Source: Mobula birostris (lineage: Eukaryota). From it: 64,000 nucleotides of DNA. This document shows, in pieces, positions 23,901-34,412 of this stretch. Below the pieces are notes generated by a model. The model had not been told where the DNA came from. It worked only from the letters and a program-made list of their open reading frames with translations, and ran no database searches. The stretch is from assembly GCF_030028105.1 (NCBI RefSeq), contig NC_092380.1, forward strand, positions 82,581,717-82,645,716. Direction: 5' to 3'. A program made the position numbers and the translations under genes. Every line of letters starts with the position of its first letter. The first letter of the stretch is position 1.

Positions 23901-24959
23901 ACTACTTATTGCCCTCATCTTTTTTGGCATCAATTTTATTTTTGTTAATAAACTCTGACGAAGAAATACACATTAAAAAATCTCAGCCATCACCTGTGGC
24001 TCCGCACACAAGCAGCCATGAGAGGACCTAATTCTCCCTAGTTACCCTTTTACTATTAATATAATTGCAGAACCTATTGCGATTATCTTTAACCTTTTCT
24101 GTCAAATCTATTTCATACTCTCTTTTTACCCTCCTAATTTCCCTCGTGTGGTCTTAAATTTTTTTATATTCATTGAGGGATTCATTCATAGCCCTCTGCC
24201 ATCAGACACCCAAATTCCAGCCATACTGAGGACCATGAACAGGGATGGCCTTATCAAAGGCAAAGAAACAACTAGTGCTCACTGGAAGGAGTTCTTGAAA
24301 TTACCCATGGCTCCAGCCTACAGCAAAATGTTTGGTCAGTCCTTGCCACAAGACTAAAGTCAAAAAGAGCACCTGATATGACAAGCAACAGGGCCCCAAG
24401 AGCATATTTTATCCCAGGATACGTCCATTTGCCAGGAGCACTCTGTAAATCCCTGGAGGAAGGCACCACCTCCCAGACCACGCACTCACCTGTACTGCTA
24501 AACAGCACCTGCTCCACCTGTGGCCCCGTCACTCACCTTAGAACACACCAAACTGAAGGAAAAGTAACTCAACCCAATTTTTAGCAACTGGGAAAGAAAG
24601 TTTGAGGGACAAGCTCCAAAGAAATGCTGTGAAGTTCAATTAATCCACAAGGTGGCAGCATCATGCAGGTGGACAACCAAAGAAGGTGTGTTACTGCACT
24701 AAATAAGAGTGAAGAAGGCTGAGAAATTTGGGGGAATGGGTGAGTGGAGAATTGGGTATGAAATAATAATTAACAATAAATTACAGATTTATCAAATTCT
24801 AACTATAAATATTATACTTATATTTATATTATACTTATAAAGATTTATTGTAAAGTAGCAAAAATATTAAAAAAATTAAATAAAACTAAATGTAAAATAC
24901 TAATGAAGATTCCAGCAGCCATGTAAAGATTTACTGTGAGAGAAAACTGTCATGCATAA

Positions 24960-25154
24960 TTGCATTTACGGTTTGAGTATGTGGTTAAACCTGACCACTA
25001 GTTTAGAGTGACAAGCCAAAGAGGCAGGGCACCACATCAGCTGCCAAAGTACAAGCCTGAAGAAGAGAGAGAGAGTTCCTGTTATTTCAGAGTTAACCTC
25101 ATGGTCTGAAACAGGTGGAAGACCTCGCTGAAAAACACATTCTGCAAGACAAAG
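24960..25154 (+). promoter_or_regulatory. RAG1: Candidate RAG1 promoter and non-coding exon 1
   Basis: Unique sequence with RUNX motifs (TGTGGTT 24980, ACCACA 25031), E-boxes (CAGCTG 25038, CAGGTG 25112) and donor AAG|gtacta at 25155 (alternative gtaagt at 25235). It lies ~6.1 kb from the coding-exon acceptor. Motif-based only. Confidence 0.35.
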
Positions 25155-25664
25155 GTACTATAGGAAATGGCACTTCTATTTACACAGTGTGTAATGACTT
25201 TTCATTTGGTGCAGAACTATGATTGAATTTTTGTGTAAGTTTACTTATTTTTAGTATCTTAGCTGCACTGAGCTTATCTAAATGTTATCAAAACTATAGC
25301 CATAGCATGCAAACATTGCATACTGTATGTTATAATATCAAATAAACTCTAAGTCTAATTTCCCCCATGACATTTAACTTTCTGAGCATATTGAAACCTG
25401 CTAAAAGAGTAATAAAATATTCTATTCGGCAAGAGAGTAAAGAATTGTACCAAATATTACTCACAATCAATTTTATTGATTTTACATTTTGATGTTTTGA
25501 AATTTGAATATTTTAAAATATATATGCTATGAAATAGATTTTTCTTTAAATTTTCATATGGCTCCTTTGCTAAGCAGAGTAAGGCTGGATTTAGGATAAT
25601 GTTGCATTTTATATTATATTTTACATTAGGAAGAGCTCTTTCATTAAAATGACCTCCCTTTTAA

Positions 25665-27865
25665 AATAGTTAATAATCAATTCACTTACCTTGGTATTAC
25701 AGTAACAAGGAACATTAAGAATCTTTTTCGAGAAAATTTTGCCAATCTTCTAAATTCTACAAAACAGAACCTGACACAGTGGTCACCCTTGTCCATGTCT
25801 CTGGTAGGTCGAATTAATGTTATTAAAATGTATATCTTTCCTAAATTTTTGTATTTATTTCAATCCTTACCAATTCTTATTTCTAAAGCTTTTTTTGATG
25901 CGTTAGATTCTATTATTTCGTCCTATCTATGGAAGGGCAAATGTTCCAGACTTAATAAAGCTCACCTTCAAAAATCTAAAAAGGAAGGTAGTATGTCTCT
26001 GCCTAATTTTTGTTTATATTATTGGGCAGCCAATATTCGTTGTCTTATTTTTTGGTCTTTCTTCCATAAACAATCTGACTGCCCAAAATTGGTGGTAATG
26101 GAGCTGAATTCTAGTAAGGATCTTTCCATCTCTGCACTTCCTTGTCATTTGCCTAGACTAATTGTTGATCCTCTTATTAGACATACTCTGAGAACATGGG
26201 CTTAGTTCAGAAAATATAATGGCCTTCATGGTTTCTCTCTCCCTAGCCCTATTTTACACAATCATCTTTTCCTACCTTCTATGTGGGATTCAACATTTCA
26301 TGATTGGTACAGAAAGGGCATTAGATCTTTTCATAGGTAATAGTTTGCAACTTTTCAACAACTGTCTGTAAAGTTTAACCTATCTAATACTCATTTCTTT
26401 AGATATCTTCAAATTAGACATTTCATTAATAATAATAGGCATCCATTAGTCTCGTGAGACCATGGATTTGCGCCTTGGAAGGTTTCCAGGGCGCAGGCCT
26501 GGGCAAGGTTGTATGGAAGACCAGTAGTTGCCCATGCTGCAAGTCTCCCCTCTTCACGACACTGATGTTATCCAAGGGAAGGGCATTAGGACCCATACAA
26601 CTTGGCACTGGTGTCGTCACAGAGCAATGTGTGGTTAAGTGCCTTGCTCAAGGACACATACGCTGCCTCAGCCAAGGCTTGAACTAGCGACCTTCAAATC
26701 GCTAGACAAATGCCTTAACCACTTGGCCACGTGCCAACACATTTCATTAACCCTTTAATATCAATCTTTCCTGAGATGCCTGAGAAAAATGTTGTGGAAC
26801 TGTTTCCTTGTATTAACCCATTGGGTAAAGGTTTAATATCTGCTATTCGGGATAAGTTAGTGATCTTGAGGCATGCCCCCTTCGATAAAATTAGAACTGC
26901 CTGGGAGCATGATTTAAATATTTCCCTATCTGATGCGGTTTGGGATTCAATTCTTAAGTCAGTTAACTCAACCTCTTTATGTGCTCGCCACTGCCTTTTG
27001 CAGTTTAAGGTTGTACACATGGCTCATATGTCGAAAACTAAATTATCATGGTTTTACCCTGACATTAGTCCCCATGTTTGATAAGTGTAAAGGGGGCGAG
27101 GCTTCTCTTATCCATATGTACTGGGCCCGTCCAAGTCTAGAGAAATTCTGGTGAGAAGTTTTTTCAACTCTATCCCATATTCTTAATTGCCACTTAGAAC
27201 CTAACCCTCTGATTGCTCTTTTTGGCACCTTGGGTGAAGCAGACATGCGCTGGAGTCCAACTAAACGTAAAACATTTTCTTTTGCTTCTCTTTTGGCTAG
27301 ACGGTTACTTCTTCTTAGGTGGAGAGATGCTGCCCCACCCACTCACGCTCAATGACTTAGTGATATTGTGTCCTGCTTAGACCTTGAAAAGATTCATTGT
27401 TCACTTCTTAATTCGGACATAAAGTTTCATAAGGTGTGGGGACCTTTTCTTGAATACTTTCATAGCTCCTCTTTAGATTAAGTTTATCCTTTTTTTTGTA
27501 CTACAATCCCTTACTTTCAGCTTTTTTTCCTGTAAGTTTTATGGTTTTTTGCTGTGAATTACATTATAGTTTTGGTAGTCAGCATTATATTTTCTTTTTT
27601 TATATATGTATTACAGCTCTGTGGGGTTGATTACTCTGATTAATTTTTCTTTTACACATAGAAGTGGTTGGCCTGGGGTTTTATAGCGGGAGGGTGGGGA
27701 GGGCACTAACTTTATATGATTTTACTTTGGGTGCTTTTTCCTCATTGTTATGAATTATATATTGGATATGTTTGTTTTGCACAGTATAAATCTCCATTTT
27801 GTTTCTGGTTTTTTTCTGTTGCTATATTGTAGAAATGCATAAAAAATTAATAAAAGAAAAAAAAG
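25665..27865 (+). mobile_element. L1/Tx1-like LINE, 5'-truncated
   Basis: SMSLVGRINVIKMYIFPKFLYLFQSLP...LPNFCLYYWAA and HMYWARPSLEKFW are L1 ORF2 C-terminal motifs; A-rich tail at about 27840-27865. Confidence 0.9.
26430..26738 (-). mobile_element. tRNA-derived CORE-like SINE inserted in the L1; second truncated copy at about 56075-56320
   Basis: Minus-strand A box tggccaagtgg, B box gttcaagcc, core ccttgagcaaggcacttaac and (ATT)n tail. 12-bp TSD acatttcattaa at 26418-26429 and 26739-26750. Confidence 0.85.
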
Positions 27866-29299
27866 AAAGAGCCCTGATAAAAATAAAGAGAGGAGGTATG
27901 GAGCATTTCCTGGATAATGAGGAATTAAGTTGTTTTTGTGAAATGGTGGAATGTGTTTCTATGAAATTTACTCCAGATGACTAATTCTTGAGGGAATGTA
28001 CAGAACTATATTAAATTTTTAAAACTATGCTGCTGACAGCTGTGTCACAACATCTTCAGTGTTTGAAAATTTTATAAAGTCCAAATCCATTAACATTAAC
28101 CTCAAATGTTGAAAATATTAATGTTTTGAAATAGCATTTGTTAAAAATGGCAAGAACATCTATAAACCAATCGACATTTCTGCTATCAGCACTAGACTTC
28201 TGAATGCAGTAAATAATTTGTACTGCTTTCTAAACTGAGCACTTTTTACATTGAGTCTCTCTGTTTTTCATAAATAGCACGGCAAGTATTACAAAACTTC
28301 ATGGTGTTTTTGTACTGGCTAGTTGGTGCAATTCTATCATTCTGCATCCTAAGCTTTATCCAGCTATTTAGCTGATATTTAGGCTGGTATCAGTGCAGAA
28401 TATTACATAATTTACCAAAAGACACCGATGAATCACAACCAGCATTTTCTTCAATTGTCCTTCGTCTACATTCAGTAGGTATATGGTTACAGTACAAAAT
28501 TGCTACTACTTTAGAGACAATATAGAAATACATTGTGTCTACAGCTTTGGAATACATGACATCAGTAACTGATAGTGTGTCTGTCTCATTACACAAATTA
28601 GGCTTTCTATGCTTTATCTCAAAGAGGATAATGAATAAATATTATAAGTTCGATCATTTGTATAGATTTCTGTTATTTTAGTGGAAAATATTTTACCAAT
28701 CCAACAATTACAGTTGTTAACAATTTTGAGACAATCTAAAACCTATCAACTTTAATCTTTGGCTTTCACTTCTTTGCTAAAGACTCTAGTCTGTAGTGGA
28801 CTTAGTTGTGTGATGAATTGATTTCATTGGGTGGACATTATTGATGTGTAATTGTAAACCACTTGCAGATAGAAATGAGGTTCCATTTTTCAATCTGTGA
28901 CTGTTCTTCGGTAGTGTTGCTTGATGTTCCAAATAGAGGCAATTTCTGTAAATTGAAGTGAATTGCACTTTCTCTTAACTCCAGTGTATTCTCTCAAACT
29001 TGACAAATAGCTATTTATTGTCATTTCTGTATCTGCCCTCAGTCTACATATTCATTGAAATTTGTATCTGTGACGCTGTTGCTTCTTCTACTCTATAGAC
29101 TTCAATTTTGCTAACAAGTCTGAGAGGTGAACAGAATAATTAAATTAACAGGTTAATTGAAGGATTGCTTTTCCTTTTGAAGATCTACCCTCGCTATTAC
29201 GTCAACTAAAAAAAACCTCAATAAATGTAACGGAGCATGATTTGGTGAACTCTGCACTGTCTTTCCTTTATTACCCCATATTATATTCAAATCCTGCTA

Positions 29300-30816
29300 C
29301 AGGTTTCCCCCGCCATCCGAAGGTAGAGCATTCCTATGAAACGGTTCGTAAGCCGGAATGTCGTAAAGCGAAGAAGCAATTACCATTTATTTATATGGGA
29401 AAATTTTGTGAGGGTTCGCAGACCCAAACTACCAAATCATGCCAAATAACACATAAAACCTAAAATAACAGTAACATATAGCAAAAGCAGGAATGATATG
29501 ATAAACGCACAGCTTATATAAAGTGGAAATACTTTTCCACAACCATTGCCTGCACTGTTCTCCGTAGCGAAAATCTCACGCAAGTGCTCTCAGCAGAAAG
29601 TCTCACGCAAGCGCTGTTGGCAAAAACACGGCGCAAGCGCTCTCCAGTAACCTTTAAGCCATGAAACTGTCAAATCATACCAAATAACATGTAAAAATAC
29701 ACAGCCTATATAAAGTAGAAATAATGTATGTACAGTGTAGTATCACTTACCAGAATTGGGAAAGCGCGGAGCACGCTGATGGCAGTGTATTAGACTGAGT
29801 CGTCGCAGGTTGGGGTGGTGCAGTGGCCCCCACCCTCCGGGCAGCGAACCGATACCGATCCGCAAAGCATGCAGGGGTACAGCGGTAGCTGGGAGGCACA
29901 CAGCACATCTTTAAGAAAAAAGCCGAAATAAACATGCTAATTAATTAGGTGCTGCCCAGCACGTAATTGTCGGCCCAGATCAGTGCCAATTGCCGATTGC
30001 ATCGCCTCTGATCTGGGGCGACAATTACGTGTCGGGCTGCACTTAATTAATTAGCATGTTTATTTCGGCTTTTTTCTTAAGGATGTGCTGTGTGTCTCCC
30101 GACTACTGCTGCATTCTCTGCGAATCGGTATCTGTCCGCAGCCTGGGTGTTGGGGTGGTGGGACACTGGGGTGTCATCTCGTCGTCTGTTTCCATTAGAG
30201 CAGGCAGCTCATCTTCTCCTATGACTTCCCGCCTCGATGTAGAAGGTCGAGGTTCATCGTCTGCTGTAGCTGATGTGGAAGGCTTTCAAACCATCCTGCA
30301 AATATCCCTTAAACTGACATACCCTTTCAAAATTAAAGTCGTACTTTATCATTACTCATTCGGTTTCGATTGTTATCCTTTCCTCTTCCAATTGCATCAG
30401 CTCTTCATCTATCAGTTCTTGGTCATGGGATGCCAAAACTGCTTCAAAATCGTCTTCATCAGCTTCCACAAGCCAAACTCACTTAGTCCTTACTTCGTTC
30501 ACCACGATCAAAATGCTTAATTATGTCTAGTTTTACGCTAAGTGTAACACCCTTATGAGCTCTTTCAGGCTTTTCCGATACCATAACATTGATCTTGCTA
30601 ACGGCTGCTCACAGGCACGTGTTTAGGCAATGCTGGCGAGAATGCGTTCTGAATCCGGGGGAGAGTGGCTGCTCAGGGCGCGCGCTGATTTTTTTTGTGT
30701 GCTGCTTTTTTCGTAACAGTGAAAGCACCTTCTGTTAGCGAAAACAGGTACTAATGTAGGTCTTTCGTAACAGTGAGGTTTCGTAAAGTGAACGTTTGAA
30801 AAGCGGGGGACACCTG
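29300..30816. mobile_element. Pogo/Tigger-like non-autonomous element with a palindromic core, in the RAG1 5' intron
   Basis: TA-flanked imperfect TIRs caggtttcccccgc / gcgggggacacctg; internal inverted arms about 29821-29983 and 30008-30168. Confidence 0.75.
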
Positions 30817-31259
30817 TATTTTTCTCCTGGCTTATTTTTTTAAAGACAATTTTATCACCAAGGCTAGGCTTGTCATTTTCAGATTCACCCTTCTCCCATT
30901 TTTGAACACAAGTTTATCATTTTCAATTCTTCCTTGGTCATCAAAAAAACCTTGGAGATAAACATAATGTAACTTAGTCGAAGGAGACAGAGTGTAAGAG
31001 GCTGTTTTGCGGTCTGACAGAGTGACTTACTTAACTCTGCAAATTCCTGCCATGTAGAGTATGCTATATTTAACTTCCTTATATTGGATGAGGTTAGAAT
31101 AACATTGAAATTAAAAGCACAATGTTAGGCTTTGAATTAGAATGTAGGTATTTTAAATTAAACTATGATTAAAACAGACTGTCTTAAATTAATAGCATAA
31201 AGAATGATCCTGTTTTAATCAATATCCACTTTTATGTCTCTATTAGATATCACTTTCTA

Positions 31260-34200
31260 ATGGAAATGGAGGTGCCTATGCAAATTATACCAGAATACTT
31301 CAAGAACTCAGAAGCAAGGCCAGCAATAAATGTCCAAACAGAAGCCAAGATTTCAACAGAAAAGGCTTTTGAGTCACAGGCTGTTCTGCCTGTCTGTGGT
31401 GTGATGTGGCAAATGACTCCTCCTCAGATCAAGCCACAGGGAGCTATGTCTTTAGAAACATTGCCCTTGGACAAGAAGACTTTGGAAGATAAGTCCCTGG
31501 AGAAAACGCCTTTAGATGTCAGCCTCCCCAAAGCCAAGTTCTATGACCATATGCAAATGGAAACAAAATCTTTAGAAGATCACATGTTAAAATTACAAAA
31601 TCTCTGCCGCATGTGTGGAGTTTCCTTTAATACTAACAGTTATGACATGAAGTACCCAGTCAATGGCCCTGTTGATCATGTCACACAAGAGGTTCTTAAG
31701 AAAATGGGGCATGGAAACAGTTTTTGGCCAGAACTCATCCACAAGACATTTAATATAGATGTCACGACAGATTCAGAAGCCAGACATCCCACCCACTTCT
31801 GCCATAGTTGTTGGCGGATTGTCATTCAGACAATCAACAATCCAACTAATGAAGATGCATTCTTTCCCGTAAGCACAATTGTTCAGTGGAAACCACACTC
31901 CAGTTTTTGCAATGTTTGCAACTCTGCAAGTGGAACACGTAAACGCAAAGTTCTCAAACTGAGTGCACCAGGCACCAAGAAGCCTAAAGTAACAGTTGAT
32001 GTGCCTATCAAATCAAGAGTTATTAAAAGAAAAGATAAAATAAATTCAACAAGTATCTTACTGGCTAAAAAGATTGTGAACTGCAAGAAGATGCATCTAA
32101 GTTCAAAAGTCCTTCTGCATGATTATCCCAATAACTTTATTCAGTCAGTGTCATGCCAGGTTTGTGAACATTTATTAGTTGACCCTGTGCAGTCACTGTG
32201 CAAGCATCTCTTCTGCAGAACATGCATCCTCAAATGTACTACAGTACTTGGAAAATTTTGTCCAGTTTGCAGGTTTCCATGTGATCCTGCAGAGTTTAAA
32301 AGTCCAGTGAAATCATTCATAAGTGTTCTCAATTCATTAGTTCTAAAATGTCCTGTGGAAGCCTGTGAAAAAGAAGTAAGATTTGGTGAATATCCCAAAC
32401 ACACCCAGAATCACAAAAAAACAAGAATGTCACAGAGCTATTCACCAATAAACAAAGGTGGCCGGCCTAGGCAACATTTGCTCTCTCTAACTCGCAGGGC
32501 TCAAAAACATCGTCTACGAGATCTCAAACTTCAGGTTAAGGCATTTGCAGAAAAGGAGGAAGGTGGTGATGTGAAGTCAGTATGCCTTACTCTGTTGTTG
32601 CTGGCATTGAGAGCTGGAAATGAGCATAGACGAGCAGATGAACTGGAAGCTCTCATGCAAGGTCATGGATCAGGGCTGAAGCCAGGAGTCTGCCTTGCCA
32701 TTAGGATTAGTACGTTTCTGAGTTGCAGTCAGTATCATAAAATGTATAGGACGGTCAAAGCAGCAACTGGGAAGCAGATATTCCAACCACTGCATGCACT
32801 CCGGAATACAGAGAAAACATTGTTGCCAGGTTATTATTCATTTGAATGGGAGCCTCCTCTTGCAAGTGTCTCCACCAACACTGAAGTGGGAATAATAGAT
32901 GGTACATGTGGCTGGGCACAATGCATTGACGATTACCCATTGGAAACAATTTCGAGAAGATTTAGGTACGATGTGGCGATTGTTTCAGCACTGAAGGATC
33001 TTGAGGATCATATTTTGGAAGGTTTAAAACTCAAAAATATAGATGAGTATGTGGGTGGACCTTTCACTGTAGTAATCAAAGAATCTTGTGATGGAATGGG
33101 AGATGTTAGTGAAAAACATGGATGTGGTCCTTCAGTTCCAGAAAAGGCAGTGAGGTATTCATTTACAATCATGAGTATAAGTGTTGCGAATGAAAATAAT
33201 GAGAAGGTGAAAGTATTTGAAGAGCTGAAGCCAAATTCTGAATTGTGCTGCAAGCCTCTTTGCTTGATGCTGGCAGATGAATCTGACCATGAAACTTTGA
33301 CGGCAATATTGGGTCCACTAATCACAGAAAGGGAAGCAATGAAACACAGTGACTTAATCCTTGAAATTGCAGATATACCTAGATCCTTCCAGATTGTCTT
33401 TAGAGGCACAGGGTATGATGAGAAGCTGGTTCGTGAAGTCGAAGGCCTTGAAGCCTCAGGCTCTACGTACGTGTGTACGTTATGTGATTGCACTCGAAGT
33501 GACGCTTCACAAAATCTGATCTTTCATTCTATAACAAGGAGCCACGAAGAGAACTTAGAGCGCTATGAAATTTGGCGCACAAATCCATATCATGAGACAG
33601 CTGAACAGTTACGCGACAGAGTGAAAGGGGTTTCAGCAAAAGCATTCATTGAAACACTGCCCTCCATAGATGCTTTGCATTGTGATATTGGGAACGCAAC
33701 AGAGTTCTTCAAGCTGTTCCAGGATGAGATTGGGGAGGTGCACAAAAATCCCAATCCACCTAAGGAGGAAAAGAAAAGGTGGCAAGCAATGCTCGATAAA
33801 CATCTAAGAAAAAAGATGAACCTGAAACCGGTCATGAGGATGAATGGAAACTTTGCAAGGAAACTAATGACTAATGAGACTGTGGAAGCAGTTTGTGAAC
33901 TGATTCCCTCCGAAGAAAGACGAGAGATTCTCAGGGAGCTGATGCATCTTTACACTCTTATGAAACCTGTGTGGCGATCCACATTCCCATTCAGAGAGTG
34001 CCCTGAACTTCTTTGTCAATACAGCTTTCATTCCCAGAGATTTGCAGAACTGCTTCATACAGAGTTCAAGTACAGGTACGATGGCAAGATCACCAACTAC
34101 CTTCATAAGACTTTGGCTCATGTCCCTGAGATCATTGAAAGGGATGGCTCTATTGGGGCATGGGCAAGTGAAGGAAATGAATCAGGCAACAAACTCTTTC

Positions 34201-34412
34201 GGCGTTTCAGAAAAATGAATGCAAGGCAGTCTAAGAGCTATGAGTTGGAAGATATTCTGAAGCACCACTGGCTGTATACTTCAAAGTATTTACAGAGGTT
34301 TATGGATGTGAACAATGAATTGCAAAATGAACCAGATCCATTTGTACCAGAAGAATTAATCAGCCAACATGATCCAATAAATTCAATAGATGATGATTCC
34401 CTTTATTTTTAA
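31260..34412 (+). CDS. RAG1: Recombination activating gene 1, 1050 aa, single coding exon
   Basis: CRMC...CHSC zinc region, RING ([24 protein letters not shown]...CPVC), nonamer-binding [21 protein letters not shown], catalytic CDGMGD, GTGYDEK and SEGNESGN. Acceptor tctctattag| at 31246, 13 nt before the ATG. Confidence 0.99.
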   Translation: MEMEVPMQIIPEYFKNSEARPAINVQTEAKISTEKAFESQAVLPVCGVMWQMTPPQIKPQGAMSLETLPLDKKTLEDKSLEKTPLDVSLPKAKFYDHMQMETKSLEDHMLKLQNLCRMCGVSFNTNSYDMKYPVNGPVDHVTQEVLKKMGHGNSFWPELIHKTFNIDVTTDSEARHPTHFCHSCWRIVIQTINNPTNEDAFFPVSTIVQWKPHSSFCNVCNSASGTRKRKVLKLSAPGTKKPKVTVDVPIKSRVIKRKDKINSTSILLAKKIVNCKKMHLSSKVLLHDYPNNFIQSVSCQVCEHLLVDPVQSLCKHLFCRTCILKCTTVLGKFCPVCRFPCDPAEFKSPVKSFISVLNSLVLKCPVEACEKEVRFGEYPKHTQNHKKTRMSQSYSPINKGGRPRQHLLSLTRRAQKHRLRDLKLQVKAFAEKEEGGDVKSVCLTLLLLALRAGNEHRRADELEALMQGHGSGLKPGVCLAIRISTFLSCSQYHKMYRTVKAATGKQIFQPLHALRNTEKTLLPGYYSFEWEPPLASVSTNTEVGIIDGTCGWAQCIDDYPLETISRRFRYDVAIVSALKDLEDHILEGLKLKNIDEYVGGPFTVVIKESCDGMGDVSEKHGCGPSVPEKAVRYSFTIMSISVANENNEKVKVFEELKPNSELCCKPLCLMLADESDHETLTAILGPLITEREAMKHSDLILEIADIPRSFQIVFRGTGYDEKLVREVEGLEASGSTYVCTLCDCTRSDASQNLIFHSITRSHEENLERYEIWRTNPYHETAEQLRDRVKGVSAKAFIETLPSIDALHCDIGNATEFFKLFQDEIGEVHKNPNPPKEEKKRWQAMLDKHLRKKMNLKPVMRMNGNFARKLMTNETVEAVCELIPSEERREILRELMHLYTLMKPVWRSTFPFRECPELLCQYSFHSQRFAELLHTEFKYRYDGKITNYLHKTLAHVPEIIERDGSIGAWASEGNESGNKLFRRFRKMNARQSKSYELEDILKHHWLYTSKYLQRFMDVNNELQNEPDPFVPEELISQHDPINSIDDDSLYF

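Noticed and set aside
31883-34121. Antisense ORFs over RAG1 (and 47477-47911 over RAG2)
   Set aside because: Shadow ORFs of the real coding sequences.
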